From an uncultured Lachnospiraceae bacterium (GTDB taxonomy: Bacteria > Bacillota > Clostridia > Lachnospirales > Lachnospiraceae): 64,000 nucleotides of DNA. The DNA lies in contig CAMNSZ010000011.1 of assembly GCA_946557105.1 (NCBI GenBank), positions 17,468 to 81,467 on the forward strand, given 5' to 3'. The notes under the pieces are model-generated. The model saw nothing but the letters and a program-made list of their open reading frames with translations. It did not search any database and was not told the origin of the DNA. Positions 29,035-38,687 of the stretch are shown in pieces (position 1 is the first letter of the stretch; every line of letters starts with the position of its first letter). The translations under genes were made by a program, and so were the position numbers.

Positions 29035-31068
29035 ATGGAGCGAAGAACAATAAAACCGTATCAGGAAGGGATAAGTGCTATTTCCCGAACGGACAGAGCG
29101 TGGGAGACGGCTCATTTGAAGGAATGTCTGGAGCTGATTAAGAGGAATGTGGTTTTTTACGAAAAAGAGAATGAGGAACGGCATGCAGAGACCACACAGC
29201 TGTTGAAGGCTATGAAAAGCGGCGATATAGAGCTTTACAATCAGGCCATGACTGCGGCAAGCTTAGAGGCGCATGCGGCTAATCAGTTAAGAAAGAACAG
29301 AGCGGCACTGAAACAGCCTTATTTCGGCAGGATTGATTATCGGGAAGGGGAATATCGGCAGCAGGAGGTATATATCGGTAAAAACGGAATATTCCGTAAT
29401 CAGACGGATGTTGTAATAGCTGACTGGAGGGCCCCCATATCAAGTGTCTACTATGAAAATGAGCTGGGCTTGGGAGAGTATCAGCTGCCGGATGGAAGCA
29501 GGATGGAGATCAATCTGGAGCTTAAGAGAACCTATGATGTGCAGGAGGGTATCTTAAAAGGCTATTATGACAGTGACGTGGCTTCAAACGACCAGCTTCT
29601 AATCCAATATCTTTCCCAGAACAAGGAGGCGGTTCTCGGGGATATTATCGCAACTATTCAAAAAGAGCAGAACGAAATCATTAGGGAATCTCCTTTTGCA
29701 AATATTTTGGTGCAGGGAGTGGCGGGCAGCGGTAAGACTACGGTGGCAATGCATCGTATTTCCTATATTCTATATAATTACAGGGAGCGTTTTATGTCCA
29801 ATGAGTTCTGCATTATCGGCGGAAACGATTTGCTGCTTGATTATATTACTGCAGGACTGCCTGAGCTGGATGTACCGGATATCAAGCAGAAACGCATGGA
29901 TGTGATGCTTTCACATCTGCTTGGCAGGGAGTGGAGCAAAAAGAGGAAGTTTATAGATACTACATCGGATGCAGGCGTACGAAGTAAAATTGATTTTATG
30001 CTGGAGCTGGAGGTATATATTCTGCGGCTTAGAGAAAGGTGTCTGAAGGTGGGAGCGCTTGAGGACAAGGAGCTGGGAATCATCCTTTCCGAGAGCAATA
30101 ACGACAGGCTTGCCGCAGAAAATGCAGAGTTCAGCATTATAAGGATTTTGCAGCTATTGGACGAGAGAGTGAAAACACGCATTAAATTTCTTTCGCCCGA
30201 GGGCGAAAAGGAGTATTTTCTGCAAAAATGCAGGCAGTACAAGGATTATTTTAAAAACCGTGCCCCCAAGGACAGCATTTACGATATTTACGCTAATTTC
30301 CTGCGGGAGTATGAGAGGAACCGCCCGGGCAGTATTGACCTTACGGAGCATGAGAAGAACGCCGGAGAGGGAAAATATGACGTTTACGACTTGGCAGCTC
30401 TTTTGATGATACAATATCGGGTGACCCGCAAAAAGGAGGACGAGGAGTTCGGACAGATATTTATCGACGAGGCGCAGGATTTTGGAATCACGCCTTATTA
30501 TGCCCTGCGCAGGGTATTACCGAAATGTTACTTTACCATTATGGGCGATGTGTCTCAGAATATTAATTATGAGACCGGGTTAAACGATTGGGGAGAGCTT
30601 AAAAAGTGGATGCTTACCGGAGAAAGAGATTGCTTTTATCTTCTGTCAAAGAGCTACCGCAATACAATTGAGATATCGGAATATGCGGGGAAAATTTTGG
30701 AGAAGGCGTCTTTTGGAAAATATAAAATCGAGCCGGTTATCCGGCACGGACTTCCGGTATGGGAGAGCGGGCGGCTTTTGGAGACGGAGATGTATGAAAA
30801 GGCAACGGAAATTATAAGCGGGGCAAGGGATAAGGGCTATCACAGCATTGCAGTGATCTGTAAGGACGAAACGGAGGCGGATTTTATAGGGAAGTGGCTG
30901 GAAGATGTAACCATTCTCCCCATTCGGCTGACGAAGGGATTGGAATTTGACGTGGTTATTCTTTGGAATTTAAATATGGAGCAGGCGGCATTAAAACAAA
31001 GCGACGCCAAGCTTTTGTATGTGGCGGTGACCCGCGCGCTGCATGAGCTGTATCTGTTGAATTTATAA
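29035..31068 (+). CDS. helD: HelD-family RNA polymerase recycling ATPase (UvrD-like SF1)
   Basis: PYFGRID, DWRAPISSVYY, IQKEQNEII, GVAGSGKTTVAMHR, IDEAQD, SYRNT, KGLEFD, YVAVTRALHEL. Confidence 0.88.
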   Translation: MERRTIKPYQEGISAISRTDRAWETAHLKECLELIKRNVVFYEKENEERHAETTQLLKAMKSGDIELYNQAMTAASLEAHAANQLRKNRAALKQPYFGRIDYREGEYRQQEVYIGKNGIFRNQTDVVIADWRAPISSVYYENELGLGEYQLPDGSRMEINLELKRTYDVQEGILKGYYDSDVASNDQLLIQYLSQNKEAVLGDIIATIQKEQNEIIRESPFANILVQGVAGSGKTTVAMHRISYILYNYRERFMSNEFCIIGGNDLLLDYITAGLPELDVPDIKQKRMDVMLSHLLGREWSKKRKFIDTTSDAGVRSKIDFMLELEVYILRLRERCLKVGALEDKELGIILSESNNDRLAAENAEFSIIRILQLLDERVKTRIKFLSPEGEKEYFLQKCRQYKDYFKNRAPKDSIYDIYANFLREYERNRPGSIDLTEHEKNAGEGKYDVYDLAALLMIQYRVTRKKEDEEFGQIFIDEAQDFGITPYYALRRVLPKCYFTIMGDVSQNINYETGLNDWGELKKWMLTGERDCFYLLSKSYRNTIEISEYAGKILEKASFGKYKIEPVIRHGLPVWESGRLLETEMYEKATEIISGARDKGYHSIAVICKDETEADFIGKWLEDVTILPIRLTKGLEFDVVILWNLNMEQAALKQSDAKLLYVAVTRALHELYLLNL

Positions 31069-31080
31069 AGCCTTGCAGAG

Positions 31081-31119
31081 AAAAAAGCCACGGCTAGTGT
31101 CATTACACTGACTGTGGCT
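31081..31119 (-). terminator. Intrinsic terminator of the minus-strand small gene
   Basis: The minus strand reads AGCCACAG-TC-AGTGT-AATG-ACACT-AGC-CGTGGCT followed by TTTTT. Confidence 0.65.
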
Positions 31120-31144
31120 ACAGCGCTTATTGGCTTCGGATAAA

Positions 31145-31303
31145 TCAGGAATTGTCTTTGTTTAATTCGGAAAGCTTATCATAGATTTTCTGCATAAATC
31201 TGGCTATTTCATCCCCATTTTCTGCGGCGGCAGTTTGAGAACCTGTAAGTCTTGCCGTGGTAATATCCCTTACATATTCGAGTAGTATGTCATTATCAAC
31301 CAT
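31145..31303 (-). CDS. 52-aa hypothetical small protein (MVDNDILLEYVRDITTARLTGSQTAAAENGDEIARFMQKIYDKLSELNKDNS)
   Basis: AAAGGAGGT RBS 7 nt before the ATG, extended -10 TGATATAAT at 31328-31336 on the minus strand, and its own terminator. Confidence 0.8.
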   Translation of the reverse strand: MVDNDILLEYVRDITTARLTGSQTAAAENGDEIARFMQKIYDKLSELNKDNS

Positions 31304-31392
31304 AGCTTTTACCTCCTTTATATAACAATTATATCATGGAAGGGAAACAAGCCGCAAATAAATGTTTTGATAAAAGTGTCAAGAAAAAATAC

Positions 31393-31421
31393 TTGACAGT
31401 CCGGTAAAACTATTGTATGAT
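31393..31421 (+). promoter_or_regulatory. Sigma-A promoter for ylxM-ffh
   Basis: TTGACA, 17 bp, TATGAT. Confidence 0.75.
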
Positions 31422-31525
31422 ATGCAAAGTGCTTGCAAAAGTACGGATTTCTATATAAATAAAGAGTTTCCCGGGGCTTTACGGTTTCGTCGGATTTCAG
31501 GAACAGATTTAAGGAAAAAGGGAAC

Positions 31526-31915
31526 ATGGAAAAGATTTTTGAGCAGGCTCTGCTGTATGATTTTTATGGCGAGCTTTTGACGGCTCATCAGCAGAGTATT
31601 TATGAGGACGCCGTGTATAATGATATGTCTCTGGGCGAGATTGCGGAAGAGAGAGGTATCAGCAGACAGGGCGTACATGATTTGATAAAGCGCTGTGACA
31701 GGATATTGCAGGATTATGAGAGCAAGCTTCATCTGGTGGAGCGTTTTGATAAGGCAAAGAGTAAGGTTGCCGAAATTCAAATCTTAACGCAGCTTCCGGA
31801 TTCGGAGGGGGAATTGTCACTGAAGGATAAAGGGCAGACACAGGCCGACAGGGAGATCTTTGAGCGGATGGAGCGCATTCGCAGGCTTTCGGGGGAATTA
31901 ATGAAGGAGCTGTAA
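31526..31915 (+). CDS. ylxM: YlxM family SRP-associated protein
   Basis: [11 protein letters not shown]...[23 protein letters not shown]; directly upstream of ffh. Confidence 0.95.
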   Translation: MEKIFEQALLYDFYGELLTAHQQSIYEDAVYNDMSLGEIAEERGISRQGVHDLIKRCDRILQDYESKLHLVERFDKAKSKVAEIQILTQLPDSEGELSLKDKGQTQADREIFERMERIRRLSGELMKEL

Positions 31916-31925
31916 GGAGTGGCAG

Positions 31926-33287
31926 ATGGCATTTGAAAGTTTAACGGACAAATTACAAAACATATTTAAGAATTTAAGAAGCAAGGGCCGTTTGACGGAG
32001 AGCGATGTAAAAGCTGCGCTTAAGGAAGTAAAAATGGCACTTCTGGAGGCAGATGTTAATTTCAAGGTAGTAAAGCAGTTTGTTAAGGCGGTTGAGGAGC
32101 GGGCAATCGGACAGGATGTTATGAACGGACTGAATCCGGGGCAAATGGTCATTAAAATCGTAAACGAGGAAATGATTTCCCTGATGGGAAGCGAGACTAC
32201 GGAGATTGTCATGCAGCCCGGCAAGGCGATTACCGTTATAATGATGGCGGGCTTACAGGGTGCAGGTAAGACCACGGCTACGGCTAAAATTGCGGGTAAG
32301 CTGAAGCAAAAGGGCAAGAAAAGTCTTTTGGTGGCATGCGATATTTACAGGCCTGCTGCGATAGAACAGCTGCAGATAAACGGTAGAAAGCAGGAGGTTG
32401 ACGTTTTCTCCATGGGCTGCGACCACAAGCCGGTTGAAATAGCACAGGAGGCTGTTGCCTTTGCGGAAAAGAACGGCCATAACGTAGTGATTCTGGATAC
32501 GGCAGGACGTCTTCATGTAGATGAGGACATGATGAAGGAGCTGCAGGAGATAAAGGAGAAAATAGCCGTGCACCAGACCCTGCTGGTGGTAGACGCCATG
32601 ACAGGACAGGATGCAGTCAATGTTGCCGGTGAATTTAACGAAAGGATAGGCATTGACGGCGTAGTTCTCACCAAGATGGACGGTGATACAAGGGGCGGCG
32701 CCGCGCTTTCTATTAAAGCCGTAACGGGGAAGCCGATTTTGTATGTCGGTATGGGAGAGAAGCTTTCCGATATGGAGCAGTTTTATCCCGACAGAATGGC
32801 AGGCAGAATCCTTGGCATGGGAGATGTGCTTTCCCTGATTGACAAGGCGCAGGCAAGCATCGATATAGATGAAGAAAAGGGCCGTGAGATGGCCGGACGC
32901 ATGAAGAAGGGTAAATTCGATTTCGAGGATTATCTGGAGAGCATGAAGCAAATGCGCAATATGGGCGGGTTATCCAGTATTTTGAGCATGCTGCCCGGAA
33001 TGGGAGCTAAGGTTGGCGAGCTGGAATCCATGATCGACGAAAAGCAGCTTAAGCAGATGGAGGCGATCGTCCTTTCTATGACAAAGGAGGAGAGACGTAC
33101 CCCCAAGCTCTTGAATCCCAGAAGGAAGCATCGTATCGCTAAGGGCGCCGGTGTGGATATTGCTATGGTCAACCGTTTTATCAAGCAGTTTGAGCAGAGT
33201 CAGAAAATGATGAAGCAGCTGGGCGGCGGCAAGAGAGGCAGGGGCTTGTTTGGAGGCCTCGGCGGAATGGGGAAATTCCCTTTTTAA
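31926..33287 (+). CDS. ffh: Signal recognition particle protein
   Basis: GLQGAGKTT, DTAGR, TKMDGDTRGG, and a Met-rich M domain. Confidence 0.99.
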   Translation: MAFESLTDKLQNIFKNLRSKGRLTESDVKAALKEVKMALLEADVNFKVVKQFVKAVEERAIGQDVMNGLNPGQMVIKIVNEEMISLMGSETTEIVMQPGKAITVIMMAGLQGAGKTTATAKIAGKLKQKGKKSLLVACDIYRPAAIEQLQINGRKQEVDVFSMGCDHKPVEIAQEAVAFAEKNGHNVVILDTAGRLHVDEDMMKELQEIKEKIAVHQTLLVVDAMTGQDAVNVAGEFNERIGIDGVVLTKMDGDTRGGAALSIKAVTGKPILYVGMGEKLSDMEQFYPDRMAGRILGMGDVLSLIDKAQASIDIDEEKGREMAGRMKKGKFDFEDYLESMKQMRNMGGLSSILSMLPGMGAKVGELESMIDEKQLKQMEAIVLSMTKEERRTPKLLNPRRKHRIAKGAGVDIAMVNRFIKQFEQSQKMMKQLGGGKRGRGLFGGLGGMGKFPF

Positions 33288-33490
33288 ATTGACGGAAATA
33301 ATCGTTGGCGGTTATCTTCTTAAAGGAAGCTTTCGGAAAATATTTTCAAAGGGTAAGACAAGAAGATATGAATTGTCTGACAAGCAGGGCGATTCTTATC
33401 ATATAGCGGCGGACGGCTTTGTCAAAAGCCGCACACAAGACCGAAGGGTCAAAAATCATATAATAGTTTTCAAGTATGGAGGAAAAAGAA

Positions 33491-33736
33491 ATGGCAGTAA
33501 AAATCAGATTAAGAAGAATGGGACAGAAGAAGGCTCCTTTTTATAGAATCATCGTAGCTGATTCTCATTCTCCCAGAGACGGCAGATTTATTGAGGAGAT
33601 CGGTACCTATGATCCCAGCACGGATCCCAGCACCTTTAAGATTAACGAGGAGTTAGCTAAGAAGTGGCTTGCCAACGGAGCTCAGCCTACGGAGGTAGTC
33701 GGAAAGCTTTTCAAAGCGGCAGGTATTGAAAAATAA
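33491..33736 (+). CDS. rpsP: 30S ribosomal protein S16
   Basis: [39 protein letters not shown]. Confidence 0.99.
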   Translation: MAVKIRLRRMGQKKAPFYRIIVADSHSPRDGRFIEEIGTYDPSTDPSTFKINEELAKKWLANGAQPTEVVGKLFKAAGIEK

Positions 33737-33760
33737 TAATCTAATCTTTGGAGGTGGATT

Positions 33761-33988
33761 ATGAAGGAATTAGTAGAAATAGTTGCAAAGGCACTTGTTG
33801 ACAATCCGGACGAGGTAGTCGTTACCGAAAAGGTGGATGGCAAGAATATTACCGTTGAACTTCATGTAGCTGCATCCGATATGGGCAAGGTTATCGGCAA
33901 GCAGGGAAGAATCGCCAAAGCGATTCGTACTGTTGTAAAGGCAGCATCATCCAAAGACAATACTAGAGTTGACGTGGAAATTGTCTAA
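33761..33988 (+). CDS. khpA: KH-domain RNA-binding protein KhpA
   Basis: DMGKVIGKQGRIAKAIR GxxG KH motif; lies between rpsP and rimM. Confidence 0.93.
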   Translation: MKELVEIVAKALVDNPDEVVVTEKVDGKNITVELHVAASDMGKVIGKQGRIAKAIRTVVKAASSKDNTRVDVEIV

Positions 33989-33997
33989 GCTTAGTGG

Positions 33998-34033
33998 GGC
34001 GGAGCGCGCGTGACGCGTATCCGCCTTGTTTAT
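33998..34033 (+). terminator. Probable terminator after rpsP-khpA
   Basis: GGCGGA...TCCGCC outer stem and GCGCG/CGCGT inner stem, followed by TTGTTTAT. Confidence 0.55.
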
Positions 34034-34056
34034 CTGACAGGAGACGTAAAGAAGCT

Positions 34057-34563
34057 ATGGAAGATATGTTTAAGGTAGGAGTTATTACCACAACCCATGG
34101 TATAATGGGAGAGGTAAAGGTTTTTCCCACTACAAATGACGCAAGAAGATTTAAACGTTTAAAGGAAGTAATTCTAGACACCGGAAAAGAGCTGATAACC
34201 TTGGAAGTTGAGGGAGTGAAATTTTTTAAGAGTCTTGTAATCCTTAAATTCAAGGGAATTGATAATATAGATGACGTACAAAAATACCGGCAAAAGAGTT
34301 TGTATGTCACGAGAGAAAATGCTGTTCGTCTGGGAAAGGACGAATATTTTATAGCCGATCTGATGGGCTTAAAGGTTGTGGATGAAAACGGACACGAGCT
34401 TGGCGTTCTAAAAGAGGTTATGGAGACGGGGGCCAACGACGTTTATGTGATAGATATGGCAGACGGGAAAGAACTTTTGCTGCCTGCAATCAAGCAGTGT
34501 GTGCTTCAGGTAAATATTGAAGAAGGTTTTGTGAAGGTTCATGTGCTTGAAGGGTTAATATAG
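34057..34563 (+). CDS. rimM: 16S rRNA processing protein RimM
   Basis: VGVITTTHGIMGEVKV, EYFIADLMG, ETGANDVYVI, LLPAIK. Confidence 0.97.
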   Translation: MEDMFKVGVITTTHGIMGEVKVFPTTNDARRFKRLKEVILDTGKELITLEVEGVKFFKSLVILKFKGIDNIDDVQKYRQKSLYVTRENAVRLGKDEYFIADLMGLKVVDENGHELGVLKEVMETGANDVYVIDMADGKELLLPAIKQCVLQVNIEEGFVKVHVLEGLI

Positions 34564-34610
34564 TTAGAAAGTATGGCGGCGTTGGAGACGCAGGAAAGGC
34601 TTGATAAAAA

Positions 34611-35990
34611 ATGAAATTTCATGTTTTAACCCTATTTCCCGATATGATTATTCAGGGCTTGAGCACAAGCGTTATCGGACGGGCGGCAGAGAGAAATATA
34701 ATAAATATCAATGCTGTGAACATCAGGGATTATACGTTAGATAAGCATAAAAAGACGGACGACTATACCTACGGGGGCGGCGCGGGAATGCTTATGCAGG
34801 CTCAGCCGGTATACGATGCATGGAGGGAGGTAAGCGGCGGCAGGAAGATACGAACCGTATATGTGACGCCGCAAGGTATTCCCTTTAAACAAAATCTGGC
34901 AAGGGAGCTGGCCGGGGAGGAGGAGATTATTTTCTTGTGCGGGCATTACGAGGGTATCGACGAGAGAGCGCTGGAGGAGATTGTCACGGATTATGTGTCT
35001 ATCGGCGATTATGTCCTCACGGGAGGAGAGCTTCCCGCAATGGTAATGATAGACGCCATCGCCCGTCTGGTGCCGGGGGTGCTGAATAACGAAGACTCCG
35101 CCAGAACAGAGAGCTTTCATAATGATTTGTTGGAATATCCCCAGTATTCCAGACCGAAAATATGGAACGGGAAGAAGGTACCGGACGTGCTGCTTTCGGG
35201 TAATCACAGAAAGATTACGCAGTGGCGGCTGGAGCAGTCTAGGGAGCGAACAAGGCGCATACGTCCCGATTTATATGAAAAGTACAGGAGGAAGGAAGAA
35301 GCCGTTAAGCAGCTGTCAAAGCATAAAAGAAACAATATCCATATGATTGAAAGTCTGGTAAGAGGAAAGGCGGAGTTATTGTATGCGGAGGGGGAGAACC
35401 TGCTTATTTATAATGAAGATTGTAAAATCTGCATGATCACCGCAGAAAGCAGGGAGGCAGGTGAAAGGATGCTTGTGCTTGCGCCTTCAAAGACAAGACT
35501 ATTTATCACCGGTCAGGATTTTATGAACGAACCGGTCTGCAGCCGATTTTCTTTTGTAGTATATCATGAATGCTATCAGGTGCTGTACACAAAAAAAGAG
35601 CCCCTGCCGGTAAGGCATAATGATATCAGGCTTCTGACGATAGAGGCTTTGCCCTATGTAACAGAGCATTATGACATGGGTGACGAAAAGCATCTGAAAA
35701 AATTAATTGAGGCAGGGATGATGTATGGCGCTTATGTGGACGGCCGGCTTGCAGGATTTATGGGAGTCCACGAGGACGGAAGTCTGGGATTGCTTTTTGT
35801 GGATAAGGAACACAGACGCAGGCATCTGGGTGAAGCCCTTGTGTGTTATTGCACTAATCGTCTAAGGGAGCAGGGATGTATTCCCTATGCCCATATAATA
35901 AAAGACAATGCGGCGTCCTTAAGCTTACAGGAGAGTATCGGATATTATATTGCGGAGCAGACAGTGTTCTGGCTGGGAACGGATGCATAA
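34611..35990 (+). CDS. trmD: tRNA (guanine37-N1)-methyltransferase fused to a C-terminal GNAT-type domain
   Basis: DDYTYGGGAGM, CGHYEGIDER, SIGDYVLTGGE, LEYPQYSRP, VPDVLLSGNH (residues 1-230), then in-frame LFVDKEHRRRHLGEAL...NAASLSLQESIGY. Confidence 0.95.
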   Translation: MKFHVLTLFPDMIIQGLSTSVIGRAAERNIININAVNIRDYTLDKHKKTDDYTYGGGAGMLMQAQPVYDAWREVSGGRKIRTVYVTPQGIPFKQNLARELAGEEEIIFLCGHYEGIDERALEEIVTDYVSIGDYVLTGGELPAMVMIDAIARLVPGVLNNEDSARTESFHNDLLEYPQYSRPKIWNGKKVPDVLLSGNHRKITQWRLEQSRERTRRIRPDLYEKYRRKEEAVKQLSKHKRNNIHMIESLVRGKAELLYAEGENLLIYNEDCKICMITAESREAGERMLVLAPSKTRLFITGQDFMNEPVCSRFSFVVYHECYQVLYTKKEPLPVRHNDIRLLTIEALPYVTEHYDMGDEKHLKKLIEAGMMYGAYVDGRLAGFMGVHEDGSLGLLFVDKEHRRRHLGEALVCYCTNRLREQGCIPYAHIIKDNAASLSLQESIGYYIAEQTVFWLGTDA

Positions 35991-35997
35991 AAAGTTC

Positions 35998-36026
35998 TTG
36001 CATTTTTCAGGACAATATGATAAACT
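35998..36026 (+). promoter_or_regulatory. Sigma-A promoter for rplS
   Basis: TTGCAT, 17 bp, TAAACT with the TGn extension. Confidence 0.65.
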
Positions 36027-36045
36027 TTGCATGTTGTGAAAACGA

Positions 36046-36082
36046 GATGGTCCTCTGTTACATTTTAGGTATTAAGAACATC
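36046..36082 (+). ncRNA. Candidate L19 ribosomal-protein leader
   Basis: GATGGTCCTCTGT...AAGAACATC in the rplS 5' UTR resembles the Firmicute L19 leader (recalled consensus, not computed). Confidence 0.5.
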
Positions 36083-36104
36083 CATTTTATGAAGGAGGCT
36101 CATA

Positions 36105-36452
36105 ATGAGTAATATTATTAGGGAAATTGAGGCAGAACAGTTAAAAGAGCACGTTGATGAATTCCATGTCGGTGATACCGTTAAGGTATACGGTAAGATC
36201 AAGGAAGGTAATCGTGAGAGAATTCAGGTATTTGAAGGCGTTGTTTTAAAGAGGCAGGGCGGTAGCAACAGAGAGACATTTACCGTCAGAAAGACTTCTA
36301 ACGGTATCGGTGTCGAGAAGACATGGCCCCTGCATTCTCCTAACGTAGAAAAGATCGAAGTAGTGAGAAGAGGTAAGGTAAGGCGTGCCAAGCTGAACTA
36401 TCTGAGAGACCGTGTCGGTAAGAAAGCCAAGGTAAAAGAACTGGTTAAATAA
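36105..36452 (+). CDS. rplS: 50S ribosomal protein L19
   Basis: [46 protein letters not shown]. Confidence 0.99.
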   Translation: MSNIIREIEAEQLKEHVDEFHVGDTVKVYGKIKEGNRERIQVFEGVVLKRQGGSNRETFTVRKTSNGIGVEKTWPLHSPNVEKIEVVRRGKVRRAKLNYLRDRVGKKAKVKELVK

Positions 36453-36467
36453 TTTAACAAATGCAAC

Positions 36468-36499
36468 AAAAGGAGAATTGCTTCAGTAGTTCTCCTTTT
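36468..36499 (+). terminator. Intrinsic terminator after rplS
   Basis: AAAAGGAGAATTGC-TTCA-GTAGTTCTCCTTTT. Confidence 0.8.
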
Positions 36500-36535
36500 C
36501 TATTTGCGGGAATTGTGATATACTCTTTTTAAAGT

Positions 36536-37135
36536 ATGCACAATAGGGATAAAGTGATGACACGGAATAAAGGACTTTGTTTTTATAAAAGACGAAAAAA
36601 GATAAGTTCGACAGCGATAAAGGAAGGCTTCAGCTGGATATTCGGCATAGCAGTGGCTGTGTTTATAGCTGCAGTATTAAACTTTTTTTTGGGAATGACA
36701 ACCAATGTGGTAGGTGTTTCCATGGAGCCTACCCTGTATAACGGACAGAAGATTTTTGTGAACAGATTCATATATATTCTCTCGTCACCCAAGAGAGGAG
36801 ACGTTGTGGTGTTTTTGCCGAACGGTAACGAGAACGCGCATTATTATGTCAAGAGGGTGGTGGCGGTACCCGGTGACAGACTTAAGATTCAGGGAGGAGT
36901 CTGTTATGTGAACGGCGTGGAGAGCAGATGGGTGACCGAGAAAATATTGGACGGCGGAATTGCGGCAAACGAAACGGTTTTGGAAAAAGGGGAGTATTTC
37001 TGCATCGGGGATAACCCTAATAACAGTGAGGACAGCCGCTCGGCAAATATTGGTCCGGTGGAGGAAGAGGATATTATCGGTGAAGCATGGTTTCACTTGC
37101 CTAAGGAGGAGAGCGGAGCCGGCTTCATTAAATAG
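36536..37135 (+). CDS. lepB: Signal peptidase I (paralog 1)
   Basis: One TM helix, GVSMEPTL (catalytic Ser), YVKRVVAVPGD (catalytic Lys), GDNPNNSEDSR; the true start may be slightly downstream. Confidence 0.92.
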   Translation: MHNRDKVMTRNKGLCFYKRRKKISSTAIKEGFSWIFGIAVAVFIAAVLNFFLGMTTNVVGVSMEPTLYNGQKIFVNRFIYILSSPKRGDVVVFLPNGNENAHYYVKRVVAVPGDRLKIQGGVCYVNGVESRWVTEKILDGGIAANETVLEKGEYFCIGDNPNNSEDSRSANIGPVEEEDIIGEAWFHLPKEESGAGFIK

Positions 37136-37149
37136 AAGAGAGGTTTGTG

Positions 37150-37989
37150 ATGAATTATCAATGGTATCCCGGTCATATGACAAAGGCTAAGCGTATGATG
37201 CAGGAAAATATAAAGCTGGTGGATTTAATAATAGAGCTGGTGGATGCGAGAATTCCCCTGAGCAGTCGAAATCCTGATATCGACCGACTGGGAGCGAATA
37301 AATCAAGAATAGTCCTGTTAAATAAATCGGATTTAGCCGATCCGGCAGCCAATAAGCGGTGGATAAATTATTTTGGGGATAGGGGCGCTTATGTATTGGA
37401 GATTAATGCAAAGTCAGGAGCGGGGATTAAGTCGGTCGCCGGTCTGGTGCAGGAGGCTTGCAGGGAAAAGCTTGAGAGAGACAGAAAGCGGGGTATAGTA
37501 AACCGCCCCGTGCGCGCCATGGTAGTGGGGATTCCAAACGTAGGAAAATCCACGTTTATTAATTCCTTTGCGGGAAAGGCGTGCGCCAAGACAGGGAATA
37601 AGCCCGGAGTGACAAAGGGAAAACAGTGGATACGGCTAAACAGAGCTCTTGAGCTTTTGGATACACCGGGTATCCTCTGGCCTAAGTTTGAGGATCAGGC
37701 GGTAGGAATGAGGCTTGCCTTTATCGGCTCCATGAATGATGAGATTATTATTTTGGATGAGCTTGCCTGCGATTTGATCACCGTATTGATGGAGAAATAC
37801 CCTAATGCACTCTGCGAGAGGTACGGAATTGAATTAAGGGAAAAGGCGGTGGAGAGCCTTGCCGATATTGCGGAGAGCAGAAAGTGTTATACAAGGGGTG
37901 AGACGCTGGATATGGAAAAAGCAGCGGCGATTATATTGGATGATTTTAGGACGGGAAGGCTGGGGAGGATTACGCTGGAGGAGCCTTAG
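37150..37989 (+). CDS. rbgA: Ribosome biogenesis GTPase RbgA/YlqF
   Basis: QWYPGHM, DARIP, NKSD, GIPNVGKST, PGVTK, DTPG (circularly permuted GTPase). Confidence 0.97.
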   Translation: MNYQWYPGHMTKAKRMMQENIKLVDLIIELVDARIPLSSRNPDIDRLGANKSRIVLLNKSDLADPAANKRWINYFGDRGAYVLEINAKSGAGIKSVAGLVQEACREKLERDRKRGIVNRPVRAMVVGIPNVGKSTFINSFAGKACAKTGNKPGVTKGKQWIRLNRALELLDTPGILWPKFEDQAVGMRLAFIGSMNDEIIILDELACDLITVLMEKYPNALCERYGIELREKAVESLADIAESRKCYTRGETLDMEKAAAIILDDFRTGRLGRITLEEP

Positions 37990-38059
37990 GGAAGCGCTGC
38001 TACGCCCTAATGACGGCGGGGAAGACGAATAACAGAAAAAATACGGGAGCAATTAGACG

Positions 38060-38605
38060 ATGAATAAAATGATGAAGGAATTGCTGAATACAGGCTTATA
38101 TTTATTGGGGGTACTTCTGCTTACATGGCTGGTGACAACCTATGTAGGCGTGAGGACACAGGTGGACGGCGGTTCCATGGAGCCTACTCTTTCCGACGAG
38201 GATAATTTAATTGTAGATAAGATAAGCTATCGTTTCAGCGACCCGAAAAGGTTTGATATTATCGTATTCCCTTTTCGTTATAAGGAGGATACATATTATA
38301 TTAAAAGAATTATAGGACTTCCGGGGGAGACTGTACAGATTGACGAGCAGGGTAAGATTTATATAGACGGAGAGGTGCTTGAGGAATCCTATGGCAGAGA
38401 GATTATCAGACCCGAAAACATAGGCATTGCCAGACAGCCCATTGTTTTGGGAGATGACGAGTACTTTGTTCTGGGGGATAACCGCAATAACAGCAGTGAC
38501 AGCCGGACGGAGACGGTGGGTAATATCAACCGAAGGGAAATTATCGGCAGGGCATGGGTGAGAATCTGGCCTTTTGATAAGTTTGGAGTGTTAAAGCATC
38601 AATAA
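38060..38605 (+). CDS. lepB: Signal peptidase I (paralog 2)
   Basis: GGSMEPTL, YIKRIIGLPGE, GDNRNNSSDSR. Confidence 0.93.
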   Translation: MNKMMKELLNTGLYLLGVLLLTWLVTTYVGVRTQVDGGSMEPTLSDEDNLIVDKISYRFSDPKRFDIIVFPFRYKEDTYYIKRIIGLPGETVQIDEQGKIYIDGEVLEESYGREIIRPENIGIARQPIVLGDDEYFVLGDNRNNSSDSRTETVGNINRREIIGRAWVRIWPFDKFGVLKHQ

Positions 38606-38687
38606 ACAGGAACGGAGACGCTTCTTTTCAGGCGGCAATACGGGTGGATGTGTTAGTAAATTGAAATTTGAAGAGGGTATAATAAAT

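Noticed and set aside
36536-38605. Two signal peptidase I genes flanking rbgA
   Set aside because: Both have intact Ser/Lys dyads, and multiple SPase I paralogs near rplS-rbgA are common in Firmicutes.
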